Of a stretch of 64,000 nt of DNA, positions 23,344-36,376 are shown in pieces. Where the stretch lies: NCBI RefSeq assembly GCF_055900595.2, contig NZ_CM148325.1. One strand, 5' to 3'. Below the pieces are notes generated by a model, which saw nothing but the letters and a program-made list of their open reading frames with translations, did not search any database and had not been told where the DNA came from. A program made the translations under genes and the position numbers. Positions within the stretch are counted from its first letter, which is position 1. Every line of letters starts with the position of its first letter.

Positions 23344-23602
23344 TAAACAAAGCGCACTTGGTCTACAATCTGAAAATCCAAAATACCAGCCCTTTTCCCT
23401 GAGGATAATCTGTTAAATATGTAAAATCCTGTCAGTGTAATAAAGAGTTCGTAATTGCGCTGATCTCTTATATAGCTGTTCTCATTATCTCTCTACCCTG
23501 AAGTGACTCTCTCACCTGTAAAAATAATATCTCACAGGCTTAATGGTTTCTTAATACAAAGCCTGTAAAACATCAGGATAACTTCAGAGGTCGTCGGTAT
23601 TT

Positions 23603-24637
23603 ATGATGAACAGCACCAATAAACTCAGTGTTATTATCCCGTTATATAATGCGGGAGATGATTTCCGTACTTGCATGGAATCTTTAATCGCGCAAACCTG
23701 GACTGCTCTGGAAATCATTATTATTAACGATGGTTCAACGGATAATTCTGTTGAAATAGCAAAGCATTACGCGGAAATCTATCCGCACGTTCGTTTGCTG
23801 CATCAGGCGAATGCTGGCGCATCGGTAGCGCGTAATCGTGGGATCGAGGCAGCGACGGGTAAATATGTCGCTTTTGTCGATGCTGATGATGAGGTCTATC
23901 CCACCATGTACGAAACGCTGGTGACGATGGCCGAGCAGGACAACCTTGACGTGGCGCAGTGCAACGCTGACTGGTGTTTTCGTGAAACGGGAGAAACCTG
24001 GCAGTCCATCCCCACCGATCGCCTTCGCTCAACCGGCGTATTAACCGGCCCGGACTGGCTGCGAATGGGGCTTTCTTCCCGCCGTTGGACTCATGTTGTC
24101 TGGATGGGCATTTATCGTCGTGATGTCATTGCTAAAAATAACATTAAATTTATTGCCGGATTACATCATCAGGATATTGTCTGGACAACAGAATTTATGT
24201 TTAACGCGCAACGCGTGCGATATACCGAGCAATCGTTATATAAATATTATTTGCATAATACGTCAGTGAGCCGATTGAATAGACAGGGAAATAAAAACCT
24301 TAATTATCAACGCCACTATATTAAGATTACCCGACTGTTGGAAAAGTTAAATCGCGATTACGCAGACAGAATAGTGATTTACCCGGAATTTCATCAACAA
24401 ATAACTTACGAAGCATTACGTGTTTGCCATGCGGTACGTAAAGAGCCAGATATTATTACCCGCCAACGGATGATTGCTGAGATATTTACTTCCGGTATGT
24501 ATAAGCGCCTGATTTCCAATGTACGCAGCATAAAGGTGGGTTATCAGGCGTTACTGTGGTCTTTCCGCTTATGGCAATGGCGCGACAAAACGCGGTCGCA
24601 CCATCGCATTACGCGTAGCGCCTTTAATTTGCGCTAG
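23603..24637 (+). CDS. waaH: GT2-family LPS glycosyltransferase WaaH (YibD)
   Basis: 344 aa, MMNSTNKLSVIIPLYNAGDDF...INDGSTDNS...VDADD. Confidence 0.85.
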   Translation: MMNSTNKLSVIIPLYNAGDDFRTCMESLIAQTWTALEIIIINDGSTDNSVEIAKHYAEIYPHVRLLHQANAGASVARNRGIEAATGKYVAFVDADDEVYPTMYETLVTMAEQDNLDVAQCNADWCFRETGETWQSIPTDRLRSTGVLTGPDWLRMGLSSRRWTHVVWMGIYRRDVIAKNNIKFIAGLHHQDIVWTTEFMFNAQRVRYTEQSLYKYYLHNTSVSRLNRQGNKNLNYQRHYIKITRLLEKLNRDYADRIVIYPEFHQQITYEALRVCHAVRKEPDIITRQRMIAEIFTSGMYKRLISNVRSIKVGYQALLWSFRLWQWRDKTRSHHRITRSAFNLR

Positions 24638-25583
24638 CGTTAAGTTTTGCCGCTTCGGGCTGCTTGCCCCAGCCTTGCCACTGATGCTGGAAGTAAACGA
24701 TCAGCGTGCTCTGGCTGATGCTTTCGCTTAATACTTCAAAGAAGCGATTAGCATAAACCGGTTCCAGCGGTTTCTTCGGTTTACACAGTTTCACGCCACG
24801 GAACGGATTATGCGGTGCATCAGGCACAGCGTTTTTCGGCGGTGTAGAAGTATCAACCTGCGGTTCATTCAGCAAGCTGCTGGCTTTCACCAGTGTAATG
24901 TCTGGCGGCAGGTTATAAACCATCTGTTGCAACACGCGTACCGTTGAAAGGTGAGGATGCCCAATGGCAATGGTCGAACCGTTGCGACGCGCCAGGTCAA
25001 TTGCACGATTAAACTGCACACGGATGTCTGCTTCGTTCTGTGAATCGTCGAGGAACACCTTCCGTTTAATAACCTTCACGCCAGTGCCTTGCGCGGCGCG
25101 CATCGCCTGGGTATTACCGATGGTTACGCTGTCGAGGAAGTAAAGATTGTAACGCGCCAGTGCCTGCATCACTTTCTGCATACCAAACAGGTTAGAGGTC
25201 ATCTTGCTACCCATGTGGTTGTTGATCCCCACGGCATAGGGCACGTTATTGACCGCACTACGAATAATGCGCTCAATTTCGTCGCTGCTCATCTCCGGGC
25301 GTAGCGTATTTTTCTCCAGCGGCTGTTTACTCAGTGGTGCCATCGGTAGATGAATCAACACTTCGTGACCGCTGTTATGTGCTTTGGTCGCCATCTCTCT
25401 GGCGTGCGGTGAATCGGGTAATACAGCGACGGAGATAGCGGAAGGCATCGCCAGCACCTGGTTTTCGTTGTGCGGGCGATACCCAAAATCATCAATGACG
25501 ATGGCAAGTTTGCCAGCAAGTACGGGGGAGGAGAGCGCCAACAGAGCGGCAAATGCAAGAACGTTACGACGAAATGGAAACAA
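24624..25583 (-). CDS. yibQ: divergent polysaccharide deacetylase family protein YibQ
   Basis: 319 aa with signal peptide MFPFRRNVLAFAALLALSSPVLAG. Confidence 0.85.
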   Translation of the reverse strand: MFPFRRNVLAFAALLALSSPVLAGKLAIVIDDFGYRPHNENQVLAMPSAISVAVLPDSPHAREMATKAHNSGHEVLIHLPMAPLSKQPLEKNTLRPEMSSDEIERIIRSAVNNVPYAVGINNHMGSKMTSNLFGMQKVMQALARYNLYFLDSVTIGNTQAMRAAQGTGVKVIKRKVFLDDSQNEADIRVQFNRAIDLARRNGSTIAIGHPHLSTVRVLQQMVYNLPPDITLVKASSLLNEPQVDTSTPPKNAVPDAPHNPFRGVKLCKPKKPLEPVYANRFFEVLSESISQSTLIVYFQHQWQGWGKQPEAAKLNASAN

Positions 25584-25586
25584 AAC

Positions 25587-26846
25587 TTATCTTCCCAACC
25601 ACGGCTGTGGATTGACCGCCTGACCCTGGCGGCGAATTTCGAAATAGAGTGAAGGCCGACCCTGACCGCCACTGCTGCCCACCAGTGCAATTGGCTGGCC
25701 CGCGCGAACCTGCGAACCAACGCTCACCAGTGCGCTCTGATTATAGCCGTAAAGACTCATGTCGCCTTTACCATGCTCAACCACCACCACCAGACCGTAG
25801 CCTTGCAGCCAGTCAGCCAGAATCACCCGACCGTCGGCAATCGCTTTAACTTCAGTACCTTCAGAAGCACCAATCACCATCCCTTTCCAGCGCAGCTCAC
25901 CCTGTAGCTGCTCGCCATAACGATGCAGCGTCGGCCCGCGAACCGGCCAGAATGCCTGACCACGCGGCGCGCCCAGGCCACCAGTTCGGGACATCAGCGA
26001 TTTTTCGCTTTCGGTCGGTTTGTAGGTGGTGCCTTTGCGCGTCGCTTCTTTCTGACGGTCGCGAACCGCCTGGGCTTCGCGCGCCTCACGTTCAGCACGC
26101 GCTTTCGCTGCCGCTTCCGCACGGGCAATGCTGTTACGTAGACGAGATTCGTTGGCGCGCAACTCGCTCAACTGTTGTTGACCTTGCTGGATGGAAGACT
26201 CTAGCCCAGCCAGCGTCTTTTTACGCTCGTTCAGCGCCTGGGTCAGCTTCGCCTGTTGGGCGCGCTGCTCATATAACAGCGTTTGCTGCTCGCTCTGTTT
26301 CTCTTCCAGCTCGGCGCGTTGCATAGCGACTTCTTCACGCGTTTGTTTCAACTGAGCAATGGTTTCTTGTCGCGCCTGGTTGAGATAACCGAAATAAGCC
26401 TGTAAACGCTGACCACGCTGGCTTTCTTCACCGCTAAGAATCAGCTGAATACCGGTATGCTCGCCCTGACGGAATGCGGCATCCAGTTGTGCGGCGAGGC
26501 TGCGTTCCTGAGCGGCTTTTTGTTGCTCCAGCTTTGCAATCGATGCGTTCATCTCATCAATCTGTTTATTCAGTTGATTGAGTGTGTTTTGCGTTTCGCG
26601 CAGCTTGCGAGTGGCTTCAGAGATCGCTTCTTCCTGCTTTTTCAATTGTGCGAGCAGGCTTGCGCGTTGTTGTTGCTTTTGGCGTACCGCGCGCTCTTTC
26701 GCGGCGATATCGGCCTGAATAGATTTGAGTTGGTCGCGATCATCCGCGTGGGCGGAAAAGGCGCACAACAATACGCCAGCGCTAAGAACGCTGGCGTAGA
26801 TGATGGGCCTGATTGCAAACCTGCGCGGTTTCACGGCCCGTGTCAT
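25587..26846 (-). CDS. envC: murein hydrolase activator EnvC
   Basis: Start at MTRAVKPRRFAIRPIIYASVL; long coiled-coil region then LytM-like C-terminus. Confidence 0.9.
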   Translation of the reverse strand: MTRAVKPRRFAIRPIIYASVLSAGVLLCAFSAHADDRDQLKSIQADIAAKERAVRQKQQQRASLLAQLKKQEEAISEATRKLRETQNTLNQLNKQIDEMNASIAKLEQQKAAQERSLAAQLDAAFRQGEHTGIQLILSGEESQRGQRLQAYFGYLNQARQETIAQLKQTREEVAMQRAELEEKQSEQQTLLYEQRAQQAKLTQALNERKKTLAGLESSIQQGQQQLSELRANESRLRNSIARAEAAAKARAEREAREAQAVRDRQKEATRKGTTYKPTESEKSLMSRTGGLGAPRGQAFWPVRGPTLHRYGEQLQGELRWKGMVIGASEGTEVKAIADGRVILADWLQGYGLVVVVEHGKGDMSLYGYNQSALVSVGSQVRAGQPIALVGSSGGQGRPSLYFEIRRQGQAVNPQPWLGR

Positions 26847-26879
26847 GGTATTAATCGCCTTTCCCCTCATGGGGAGGGA

Positions 26880-28424
26880 TTATTCCACGATGAACAGCGG
26901 CTTACCAGTCATCTCTTGCGGGATTTCCATACCCATCAGCGACAACATGGTCGGCGCGATGTCAGAAAGTTTGCCGCCTTCAACCGCTTTCACGTTCTTA
27001 TCGCCAACGTAAATCAGCGGAACAGGCAGGTTGGTGTGCGCTGTGTGCGCCTGACCCGTTGCCGGATCGCGCATCTGTTCAGCGTTACCGTGGTCAGCGG
27101 TGATCAGCAGTTGTCCACCTACAGACTCAACCGCTTTCGCAACTTCATCCACGCAGTGATCCAGCGCTTCAACGGCTTTAACCGCTGCTTCCATCACCCC
27201 GGTGTGACCTACCATGTCGCCGTTAGGATAGTTACAGATGATAGTGTCGTATTTGCCGCTCTTGATGGCCGCAACCAGTTTTTCGGTCAGCTCTGCGGAG
27301 CTCATTTCTGGCTGCAGGTCGTAAGTTGCCACTTTCGGCGAGTTGATCAGAATGCGGTCTTCGCCTTTGAACGACTCTTCTACACCACCGTTAAAGAAGA
27401 AAGTGACGTGAGCATATTTTTCGGTTTCGGAAATACGCAGTTGAGTTTTGTCGTTTTTCGCCATCCACTCGCCGAAGGTGTTAACCAGAGAAGCTGGCGG
27501 GTAAGCAACCGCAGTTTTGATATCAGCGGCGTATTCGGTCAGCATCACGAAATCGATGTTAACCACTTTCTTACGCGCGAAGCCGTCGAAATCAGCGTTC
27601 ACGAAAGCACGAGTGATTTCACGCGCGCGGTCAGCACGGAAGTTCATGAAAATCAGCGCATCGCCGTCTTCCATTGCCGCGTCTGGCTGGCCTTCAGCAC
27701 GGATAACGGTCGCTTTCACGAATTCGTCGTTTTCGTCGCGAGCATAAGCAGCCTGCAAACCGGCAACAGCGGTGTCGGCCTGGAATTCGCCCTGCGCCAG
27801 CGTCAGCAGGTCATACGCTTTTTCAACGCGATCCCAACGATTGTCGCGGTCCATTGCGTAGTAACGACCAATGATGGACGCTACGCGGCCTTTGCCCAGC
27901 GCGGCAAATTTCTCTTCGAATTTTTTCAGCGAGGATTCAGCACTGCGCGGCGGGGTGTCGCGACCGTCAAGGAATGCGTGCAGGTAGATTTTTTCTGCGC
28001 CGCGTTCCGCTGCCAGTTCTACCATCGCCATGATGTGATCTTCGTGGCTGTGTACACCACCTGCGGACAGCAGACCCATAATGTGTACTGCTTTGCCTGC
28101 GTTTTTCGCTTTATCTACCGCACCAGTCAGCACCGGATTAGCGAAGAAAGCGCGATCTTTGATTTCAACGTCCAGACGAGTCAGGTCCTGATACACGATG
28201 CGGCCGGCACCCAGGTTAACGTGGCCTACTTCGGAGTTACCCATTTGACGGTCAGGCAGACCGACTTCCAGACCGGAAGCGTCGATCAGGGTATGCGGAC
28301 GATTGGCCCACAGTGCATCCATTACCGGGGTTTTAGCACTAAAAATGGCGTTATCCTGCTGTTCTTCGCGATAGCCATAGCCATCCAGAATCACCAGTAC
28401 CATAGGTTTTTTAGAAACCGACAT
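26880..28424 (-). CDS. gpmI: 2,3-bisphosphoglycerate-independent phosphoglycerate mutase
   Basis: Track ORF 26880..28568; start placed at [21 protein letters not shown] (ATG at 28422-28424), 514 aa. Confidence 0.93.
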   Translation of the reverse strand: MSVSKKPMVLVILDGYGYREEQQDNAIFSAKTPVMDALWANRPHTLIDASGLEVGLPDRQMGNSEVGHVNLGAGRIVYQDLTRLDVEIKDRAFFANPVLTGAVDKAKNAGKAVHIMGLLSAGGVHSHEDHIMAMVELAAERGAEKIYLHAFLDGRDTPPRSAESSLKKFEEKFAALGKGRVASIIGRYYAMDRDNRWDRVEKAYDLLTLAQGEFQADTAVAGLQAAYARDENDEFVKATVIRAEGQPDAAMEDGDALIFMNFRADRAREITRAFVNADFDGFARKKVVNIDFVMLTEYAADIKTAVAYPPASLVNTFGEWMAKNDKTQLRISETEKYAHVTFFFNGGVEESFKGEDRILINSPKVATYDLQPEMSSAELTEKLVAAIKSGKYDTIICNYPNGDMVGHTGVMEAAVKAVEALDHCVDEVAKAVESVGGQLLITADHGNAEQMRDPATGQAHTAHTNLPVPLIYVGDKNVKAVEGGKLSDIAPTMLSLMGMEIPQEMTGKPLFIVE

Positions 28425-28668
28425 TGCGACAACCTCATACTCAAGAGTCAAAATTTGCGTAATTTTACTACAGCTGAATCGATAAAATAGCCTCTGAAGA
28501 TCAAAATATACGACCGCTCGCGGCAAGCCGATGCCAGATTTACGCTTTTTTTTCGTAGCACCCCGCAAAATTGCATTCCAGTTAACGCGCTGGCTGTATT
28601 TGCCGCACCGCGCAGGTATACTCCTTTCCTGGTTTTTTTAATCACTACGTCGGGAGTTGTTACCCCCC

Positions 28669-29100
28669 ATGCAAGAAATTATGCAATTTGTTGGCCGTCA
28701 TCCCATACTGAGTATCGCCTGGATCGCGTTACTGGTGGCGGTTCTTGTGACTACGTTTAAGAGCCTGACCTCGAAAGTGAAGGTGATTACTCGTGGTGAA
28801 GCTACACGTCTGATCAACAAAGAAGACGCTGTGGTTGTGGATTTACGTCAGCGTGATGACTTCCGTAAAGGCCATATCGCAGGTTCTATCAATCTGTTGC
28901 CGAGCGAAATCAAAGCCAATAATGTTGGTGAGCTTGAGAAGCACAAAGACAAGCCGGTTATCGTGGTAGACGGTTCTGGCATGCAGTGCCAGGAGCCTGC
29001 AAACGCGCTGACGAAAGCAGGTTTTGCGCAAGTATTCGTGCTGAAAGAGGGCGTCGCTGGCTGGGCTGGCGAGAACTTGCCTCTGGTGCGCGGCAAATAA
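28669..29100 (+). CDS. yibN: rhodanese-domain inner membrane protein YibN
   Basis: Start at [26 protein letters not shown]. Confidence 0.88.
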
Positions 29101-29241
29101 TTTACCTGTCGTCTTTCATGATGCAGGCCGTTAGCTGCAATTAGGCCCCCTGAGACTTATTGTTATAAGCTTCTGGGGACACTCCATTTTGCTGCCGCCC
29201 TGCAACATGAAATTTCAGGGTAAAAAAACAGGAGCTAATTT

Positions 29242-29493
29242 ATGGCCAATGTTGAAATCTATACCAAAGAAACCTGCCCGTATTGCCATCGTGCGAAAGC
29301 ACTGCTGAGCAGCAAGGGTGTGAGTTTTCAGGAGTTGCCGATCGATGGCAACGCCGCTAAGCGTGAAGAGATGATCAAACGCAGCGGTCGCACCACGGTT
29401 CCCCAGATTTTTATTGACGCACAGCACATTGGCGGCTGTGATGACTTGTATGCATTGGATGCACGTGGTGGACTGGATCCCCTGCTGAAATAA
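29242..29493 (+). CDS. grxC: glutaredoxin 3
   Basis: 83 aa with CPYC active site. Confidence 0.95.
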   Translation: MANVEIYTKETCPYCHRAKALLSSKGVSFQELPIDGNAAKREEMIKRSGRTTVPQIFIDAQHIGGCDDLYALDARGGLDPLLK

Positions 29494-29555
29494 CGTGTGA
29501 ACGTTGGCATTACATTGCGCAGTATTGAAGGACAACACTTAAGGGTTTTCTACAC

Positions 29556-30023
29556 ATGTCAGAACAAAACAACACTGAAATGACTTTCCAGATCCAGCGT
29601 ATTTATACCAAGGATATTTCTTTCGAAGCGCCAAACGCGCCGCACGTTTTCCAGAAAGATTGGCAGCCAGAAGTTAAACTTGATCTTGATACGGCATCTT
29701 CTCAACTGGCAGATGACGTTTACGAAGTGGTACTGCGTGTTACCGTAACGGCATCCCTGGGTGAAGAAACTGCGTTCCTGTGCGAAGTGCAGCAGGGCGG
29801 TATTTTCTCCATCGCGGGTATCGAAGGCACCCAGATGGCACATTGCCTGGGCGCATACTGCCCGAACATTCTGTTCCCGTATGCTCGTGAGTGCATCACC
29901 AGCATGGTATCCCGCGGTACATTCCCGCAACTGAACCTTGCGCCGGTTAACTTCGATGCGCTGTTCATGAACTATTTGCAGCAGCAGGCTGGCGAAGGTA
30001 CTGAAGAACATCAGGATGCCTGA
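29556..30023 (+). CDS. secB: protein-export chaperone SecB
   Basis: 155 aa, [32 protein letters not shown]... Confidence 0.96.
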
Positions 30024-31042
30024 TGAACCAACGTAATGCTTCAATGACTGTGATCGGTGCCGGCTCGTACGGCACCGCTCTTGCCATTACCCTGGCAAGA
30101 AATGGCCACGAGGTTGTCCTCTGGGGCCATGACCCTGAACATATCGCGACGCTTGAACGCGACCGCTGTAACGCCGCGTTTCTCCCCGATGTGCCTTTTC
30201 CCGATACGCTCCATCTTGAAAGCGATCTCGCTACCGCACTGGCAGCCAGCCGTAATATTCTTGTCGTCGTGCCAAGCCATGTCTTTGGTGAAGTGCTGCG
30301 CCAGATTAAACCGCTGATGCGCCCTGATGCGCGGCTGGTGTGGGCGACCAAAGGGCTGGAAGCGGAAACCGGACGTTTGTTACAGGACGTGGCGCGTGAG
30401 GCGTTAGGCGATCAAATTCCGCTGGCGGTTATCTCTGGCCCAACGTTTGCGAAAGAACTGGCGGCAGGTTTACCGACGGCTATTTCGTTGGCCTCTACCG
30501 ACCAAACCTTTGCTGATGATCTTCAGCAGTTGCTGCACTGTGGTAAAAGTTTCCGCGTTTACAGCAACCCGGATTTCATTGGCGTGCAACTTGGCGGCGC
30601 GGTGAAAAACGTCATTGCCATTGGCGCGGGGATGTCCGATGGTATCGGTTTTGGTGCGAATGCGCGTACGGCGCTGATCACTCGTGGGCTGGCTGAGATG
30701 TCGCGTCTTGGCGCGGCGCTGGGGGCCGATCCTGCCACCTTTATGGGCATGGCGGGGCTGGGTGATCTGGTACTTACCTGTACCGACAACCAGTCGCGTA
30801 ACCGCCGTTTTGGCATGATGCTCGGTCAGGGCATGGATGTACAAAGCGCGCAGGAGAAGATTGGTCAGGTGGTTGAAGGCTACCGCAATACGAAAGAAGT
30901 CCGCGAACTGGCGCATCGCTTCGGCGTTGAAATGCCAATAACCGAGGAAATTTATCAAGTATTATATTGCGGAAAAAACGCGCGCGAGGCAGCATTGACG
31001 TTATTAGGTCGTGCACGCAAGGACGAGCGCAGTAGCCACTAA
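30023..31042 (+). CDS. gpsA: NAD(P)H-dependent glycerol-3-phosphate dehydrogenase
   Basis: 339 aa, [40 protein letters not shown]... Confidence 0.95.
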   Translation: MNQRNASMTVIGAGSYGTALAITLARNGHEVVLWGHDPEHIATLERDRCNAAFLPDVPFPDTLHLESDLATALAASRNILVVVPSHVFGEVLRQIKPLMRPDARLVWATKGLEAETGRLLQDVAREALGDQIPLAVISGPTFAKELAAGLPTAISLASTDQTFADDLQQLLHCGKSFRVYSNPDFIGVQLGGAVKNVIAIGAGMSDGIGFGANARTALITRGLAEMSRLGAALGADPATFMGMAGLGDLVLTCTDNQSRNRRFGMMLGQGMDVQSAQEKIGQVVEGYRNTKEVRELAHRFGVEMPITEEIYQVLYCGKNAREAALTLLGRARKDERSSH

Positions 31043-31121
31043 AACCAGGGAACCTTTGTTACCGCTATGACCCGGCCCGCGCAGAACGGGCCGGTCATTA
31101 TCTCATCGTGTGGAGTAAGCA

Positions 31122-31943
31122 ATGTCGTGTGAAGAACTGGAAATTGTCTGGAACAATATTAAAGCTGAAGCCAGAACGCTGGCGGACTGTGAGCCAATGC
31201 TGGCCAGTTTTTACCACGCGACGCTACTCAAGCACGAAAACCTGGGCAGTGCACTGAGCTACATGCTGGCGAACAAGCTGTCATCGCCAATTATGCCTGC
31301 CATTGCTATCCGCGAAGTGGTGGAAGAAGCCTACGCCGCCGACCCGGAAATGATTGCTTCTGCGGCCTGTGATATTCAGGCAGTGCGTACCCGCGACCCG
31401 GCAGTCGATAAATACTCAACCCCATTGTTATATCTGAAAGGTTTTCATGCCTTGCAGGCCTATCGCATCGGTCACTGGCTGTGGAATCAGGGCCGTCGCG
31501 CACTGGCTATTTTTCTGCAAAACCAGGTTTCTGTGACGTTCCAGGTGGATATTCATCCGGCGGCAAAAATTGGTCGCGGTATCATGCTCGACCACGCGAC
31601 GGGCATTGTGGTGGGTGAAACTGCGGTGATTGAAAACGATGTGTCGATTCTGCAATCCGTTACCCTTGGCGGTACGGGTAAATCTGGTGGAGACCGTCAC
31701 CCGAAAATTCGTGAAGGCGTGATGATTGGCGCAGGCGCGAAAATTCTCGGCAATATTGAAGTTGGGCGCGGTGCGAAGATTGGCGCAGGTTCCGTGGTGC
31801 TGCAACCGGTACCGCCACATACCACCGCCGCTGGCGTTCCGGCACGCATTGTCGGTAAACCAGACAGCGATAAGCCATCAATGGATATGGATCAGCATTT
31901 CAACGGCATTAACCATACGTTTGAATATGGGGATGGGATCTGA
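31122..31943 (+). CDS. cysE: serine O-acetyltransferase
   Basis: 273 aa, MSCEELEIVWNNIKAEARTLADCEPMLASFYHATLLKHENLG... Confidence 0.95.
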   Translation: MSCEELEIVWNNIKAEARTLADCEPMLASFYHATLLKHENLGSALSYMLANKLSSPIMPAIAIREVVEEAYAADPEMIASAACDIQAVRTRDPAVDKYSTPLLYLKGFHALQAYRIGHWLWNQGRRALAIFLQNQVSVTFQVDIHPAAKIGRGIMLDHATGIVVGETAVIENDVSILQSVTLGGTGKSGGDRHPKIREGVMIGAGAKILGNIEVGRGAKIGAGSVVLQPVPPHTTAAGVPARIVGKPDSDKPSMDMDQHFNGINHTFEYGDGI

Positions 31944-31995
31944 CGTCCTGTGATTGTGCCAGATGCGATGTAATCATCTATCCGGCATACAGTAA

Positions 31996-32469
31996 CTAAT
32001 CTCTCAACACCGCTCCCGGATACCCCAGCTGCCGCCAGGCTTCATACACCACGACCGACACCGCATTGGACAGGTTCATGCTGCGGCTGTCCGGCACCAT
32101 TGGAATGCGAATTTTTTGTTCAGCGGGCAGGGCATCGAGAATGCTCGCGGGCAGGCCGCGTGTTTCCGGGCCAAACATCAGATAGTCGCCATCCTGATAA
32201 CTTACGGCGCTGTGTGCGGGTGTGCCTTTCGTGGTGAGGGCAAACAGACGCTGGGGATTTTCTGCTTCCAGGAACGCAGCATAGTTATGATGACGCGTAA
32301 CGGCGGTAAATTCGTGGTAGTCCAGTCCTGCGCGGCGCAGGCGCTTGTCGTCCCAGGCAAATCCCATCGGTTCGATGATATGCAGGCGAAAGCCGGTGTT
32401 GGCGCAAAGACGGATGATGTTGCCAGTATTTGGCGGAATTTCTGGTTCGTAAAGTACGATGTTTAGCAT
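31996..32469 (-). CDS. trmL: tRNA (Cm34/cmnm5Um34) 2'-O-methyltransferase
   Basis: 157 aa SPOUT-type, [37 protein letters not shown]... Confidence 0.92.
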   Translation of the reverse strand: MLNIVLYEPEIPPNTGNIIRLCANTGFRLHIIEPMGFAWDDKRLRRAGLDYHEFTAVTRHHNYAAFLEAENPQRLFALTTKGTPAHSAVSYQDGDYLMFGPETRGLPASILDALPAEQKIRIPMVPDSRSMNLSNAVSVVVYEAWRQLGYPGAVLRD

Positions 32470-32516
32470 ACTGCCCCCTTAGTGCGGGGGCAGGATAGCA
32501 GATATTCATCTAACTC

Positions 32517-33707
32517 TTAAGCCGCATTCCCTTTCGCCATCGGAGCCAGCGCCGCAGGCAACTCTTTACCCAGCCCCTGCACCAGCGAATCTTGCGTAAT
32601 TTCACTGATCGATTTTGCGCCAGTCAGTGTCATTGCCACTTTCATCTCTTTTTCGATCAGATTCAGCAGATTTGCCACGCCCGCCTGGCCCGCCGTTGCC
32701 AGCGCATACAGGAAAGCACGACCCAGCAGTACAGTATCGGCACCGAGTGCAATCATACGCACGACATCAAGCCCGTTACGAATGCCGCTATCTGCCAGAA
32801 TGGCGATATCACCTTTCACCGCATCTGCAATAGCAGGCAACGCACGGGCAGAAGAGAGTACACCGTCCAGCTGGCGGCCACCGTGGTTAGAAACCACAAT
32901 GCCATCTGCGCCAAAACGTACCGCATCACGCGCATCTTCTGGGTCGAGGATCCCTTTGATCACCATCGGGCCATCCCAGAAATCGCGGATCCACTCAAGG
33001 TCTTTCCATGAGATAGAAGGATCGAAGTTATTCCCCAGCCAGCCGATGTAATCTTCCAGTCCGGTCGGTTTGCCGAGATAAGTCGAGATATTACCGAGAT
33101 CATGCGGACGACCATTCAGGCCCACATCCCACGCCCATTGCGGATGCGTTACCGCCTGCAAGTAGCGGCGCATTGCCGCGTTCGGGCCGCTCATTCCAGA
33201 GTGCGCATCACGGTAACGCGCACCAGGCGTTGGCATATCCACAGTGAAGACCAGAGTTGAACAGCCTGCCGCTTTTGCACGCTCCAGCGCGTTACGCATA
33301 AAGCCGCGATCGCGCAGCACATATAACTGGAACCACATCGGACGCTTGATGGCGGGGGCGACTTCTTCAATTGGGCAAACAGAAACGGTCGAGAGAGTAA
33401 ACGGAATGCCATGTGCATCCGCCGCTTTTGCGGCCTGAACTTCGCCGCGTCGCGCATACATGCCACACAAACCTACCGGACCTAGCGCCACCGGCATCGA
33501 CAATTTCTCATTAAACAGCGTCGTTTCCAGGCTTAAGTCGGACATGTTTTTCAGAATTCGCTGGCGCAGCGCCACCTCTGACAAATCTTCCACGTTGCGG
33601 CGCAGGGTGTATTCAGAATATGCCCCCCCATCCATATAGTGGAACAGGAATGGCGGCAGAATGCGTTGTGCTGCGGCGCGATAATCGCTGGCTGCGGAAA
33701 TAATCAT
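32517..33707 (-). CDS. lldD: L-lactate dehydrogenase (FMN-dependent)
   Basis: 396 aa, [38 protein letters not shown]... Confidence 0.95.
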   Translation of the reverse strand: MIISAASDYRAAAQRILPPFLFHYMDGGAYSEYTLRRNVEDLSEVALRQRILKNMSDLSLETTLFNEKLSMPVALGPVGLCGMYARRGEVQAAKAADAHGIPFTLSTVSVCPIEEVAPAIKRPMWFQLYVLRDRGFMRNALERAKAAGCSTLVFTVDMPTPGARYRDAHSGMSGPNAAMRRYLQAVTHPQWAWDVGLNGRPHDLGNISTYLGKPTGLEDYIGWLGNNFDPSISWKDLEWIRDFWDGPMVIKGILDPEDARDAVRFGADGIVVSNHGGRQLDGVLSSARALPAIADAVKGDIAILADSGIRNGLDVVRMIALGADTVLLGRAFLYALATAGQAGVANLLNLIEKEMKVAMTLTGAKSISEITQDSLVQGLGKELPAALAPMAKGNAA

Positions 33708-34480
33708 GCGTTTTTCTCCCTCGAATTCTCATTATGGTCACCAGGCAGGCGGGTAATGCGTGCATGGCGAGCTTGATCTTCATCGAATCGTTTCATGGTG
33801 GTGTGAACAAAGCTAAGGTGCGCCATCATTGCTTTACGCGCCCCGTCAGCATCACCGGCAAAAATGGCGTCAATGACAGCCTGATGTTGTTCGGTCAGTT
33901 GTGAAAAAACCGGGGGCACCAGATACATCCGCTGACGGCTATGCTTCACTGAGGATTGCAAGACATCGAAGAAACCACGCATGGTTTGCAGCAACACAAT
34001 GTTATGTGAGGCTTCGGCAATCGCCAGATGAAAACGAACGTCCGCTTGTGAGGCGAGATCCGGGTCTTCGCTGAGTGTTGCTTCAAAGCAAAGCTGAATT
34101 TTCTCTTTTTCGCCAGGCGTGGCGCGCATTGCTGCATGCCACGCGGTGCTGGCTTCTATGGCGTAGCGGGCTTCCAGAATATCGAAACTGTAATCCGGAT
34201 CATCGGCCATCAGCGTTTTCAATGGCTGGACGATGTTTTGCTCCGACCATGTGTCATGACGCCAGCGAATAAACGTCCCGCCGCCGCGTCGACTGAGCAG
34301 CACACCTTCGCTCACCAGTTTCGCCAGCGCCTCGCGCAGTGAATTTCGCGACACACCGAGTTGCATTGCCAGTTGACGTTCAGCGGGCAATTTCATGCCC
34401 GCCTCCAGGTTTTTTTCATCGATCAGCGCCCGCACACGATCGGCAACCTCGTCTGACAGGCGTCTGGGTAAAACAATCAT
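33704..34480 (-). CDS. lldR: GntR/FadR-family regulator LldR
   Basis: Start at [25 protein letters not shown]; overlaps lldD start and lldP stop. Confidence 0.92.
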   Translation of the reverse strand: MIVLPRRLSDEVADRVRALIDEKNLEAGMKLPAERQLAMQLGVSRNSLREALAKLVSEGVLLSRRGGGTFIRWRHDTWSEQNIVQPLKTLMADDPDYSFDILEARYAIEASTAWHAAMRATPGEKEKIQLCFEATLSEDPDLASQADVRFHLAIAEASHNIVLLQTMRGFFDVLQSSVKHSRQRMYLVPPVFSQLTEQHQAVIDAIFAGDADGARKAMMAHLSFVHTTMKRFDEDQARHARITRLPGDHNENSREKNA

Positions 34481-36135
34481 TAAGGAATCATCCACGTTAA
34501 GACATAGGCCTGAAGCGTGGTGATCACGCCCACCATACAGGTGAAGATCAGGCTGTGTTTGACAGTAAAGCGGAACAAATCAGACTCTTTGCCCACCAGT
34601 CCTACCGCCGCACAGGCGATAGCGATAGATTGCGGAGAGATCATTTTGCCGGTGACACCACCGGTGGTGTTGGCAGCAACCAGCAACAGGTCAGAAACGC
34701 CAATTTGTTGTGCGGCGGTAGCCTGCAAAGCGGCAAACAAAGCATTAGATGACGTATCCGACCCGGTCAGGAATACCCCAAGCCAGCCGAGGAACGGCGA
34801 GAAGAAGGTGAATGCATGACCGGTATGCGCCAGTGCCAGCGCCAGTGTTGATGACAGTCCGGAATAGTTCGAAATAAAGGCGAATGCCAGCACCATACCG
34901 ATGGAGTAGATAGGCAGAGCCAGTTCTTTCAGCGTGCTGCCGAAGGTGCTGATAGCGTCAGATGGTTTCATCTTCAGCCAGACAATTGAGAGCAGGGCAG
35001 CAAAAAGAATGGCGGTACCGGTAGCAGAGAACCAGTCGAACTTAAACACGGCGGCGTAAGCTGTCGCTTCGCTGACCACTGGCGGCATACGGGCAACCAG
35101 TTTATCGAGGTACGGCACCGGAATATTGATCACCCACTCATACAGCGCGCCACCCGATGCGAACAGGGCTTTAAACGGCGGGATACTCCACAGTGTTACG
35201 GTAGCGGTCAGGAACAGGAACGGTGTCCAGGCACGTAATACCTGACCCGCGGTGTAACCGGTGTGGGCCAGCGTCATATCAACCTGTGACGCCCCCAAAT
35301 CACCAAAACGGAATACGCGCACCGGCTGCCAGCGTTTGAGGAACAGCGTCAGGCAGAGCAGTGATACCAGCGAAGAGATAATGTCTGGCAGTTCCGGCCC
35401 AATGAAGTTAGAGCTGAGGTATTGAGCGATGGCAAACGAGCCGCCCGCAACCACGACCGCAGGCCAGGTTTCTTTGATACCGCGCCAGCCGTCCATAATC
35501 GCCATAATCCAGAACAGCACGATAATGGTCATAAACGGTAGCTGACGCCCCACCATCTGGCCAATCTCAAAGCTGTCGATGCCTGTTACCTGCCCGGCGA
35601 CCAGAATCGGAATACCCATCGCACCGAATGCTACTGGCGCGGTGTTAACAATCAGGCACAGCCCGGCGGCGTACAGCGGTTTAAAGCCCAGGCCGACCAG
35701 CAATGCGGCGGTAATTGCTACCGGTGCGCCAAATCCTGCGGCCCCTTCGAGGAACGCGCCGAAACAGAAACCGACGATCAGCATTTGCAGGCGCTGGTCA
35801 GGGGTTATCGAAAGAATAGACGAGCGGATGATGTCAAACTGCCCGGTTTTCACCGAGATCTTATAGACGAACACCGCTGCAATAATGATCCACGCGATGG
35901 GCCACAAACCGTAGAAGAAGCCATAAACCACCGAGGCCAGCGCGTTAGCGACCGGCATTTTATAGAACAGCAAAGCCACGGCAAGGGCGATTGCCACCGT
36001 CCACGAGGCGGCGACGTATCCTTTCAGTTTGAGCTTAATCAGCGCAAAGAAGAAAAACAGAATGGGAAGCGATGCTATCAGGCTGGAAAGCCAGATATTC
36101 CCGGCGGGATCATAGTTTTGTTGCCAGAGATTCAT
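34480..36135 (-). CDS. lldP: L-lactate permease
   Basis: Start at [29 protein letters not shown]; 551 aa. Confidence 0.93.
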
Positions 36136-36376
36136 TGCAGGTCTCCTGCAGTCCACACACGCCGCGTGATGAGTCTGTTGCTCATCTCCGTGTCACACGT
36201 TGTGTAAAAGTGGCACTGCCAATTGTGTTGTGTAGGGATAATGACAATGAATAGTTAACTAAATGTTATGCATTGGCAACATTGATGTGAGTTTTAATTG
36301 GGGAACTGTGAACCAGAGGTCAGATAAGCGAAGAATTGGTAGGGCCAATTTGGAGTGAGGGAGATGTCTGTAAAGA

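Noticed and set aside
26457-28490. 677-aa plus-strand ORF
   Set aside because: Entirely antisense to gpmI and the start of envC, which are confidently identified; a long open antisense frame of this kind is common opposite GC-rich genes.
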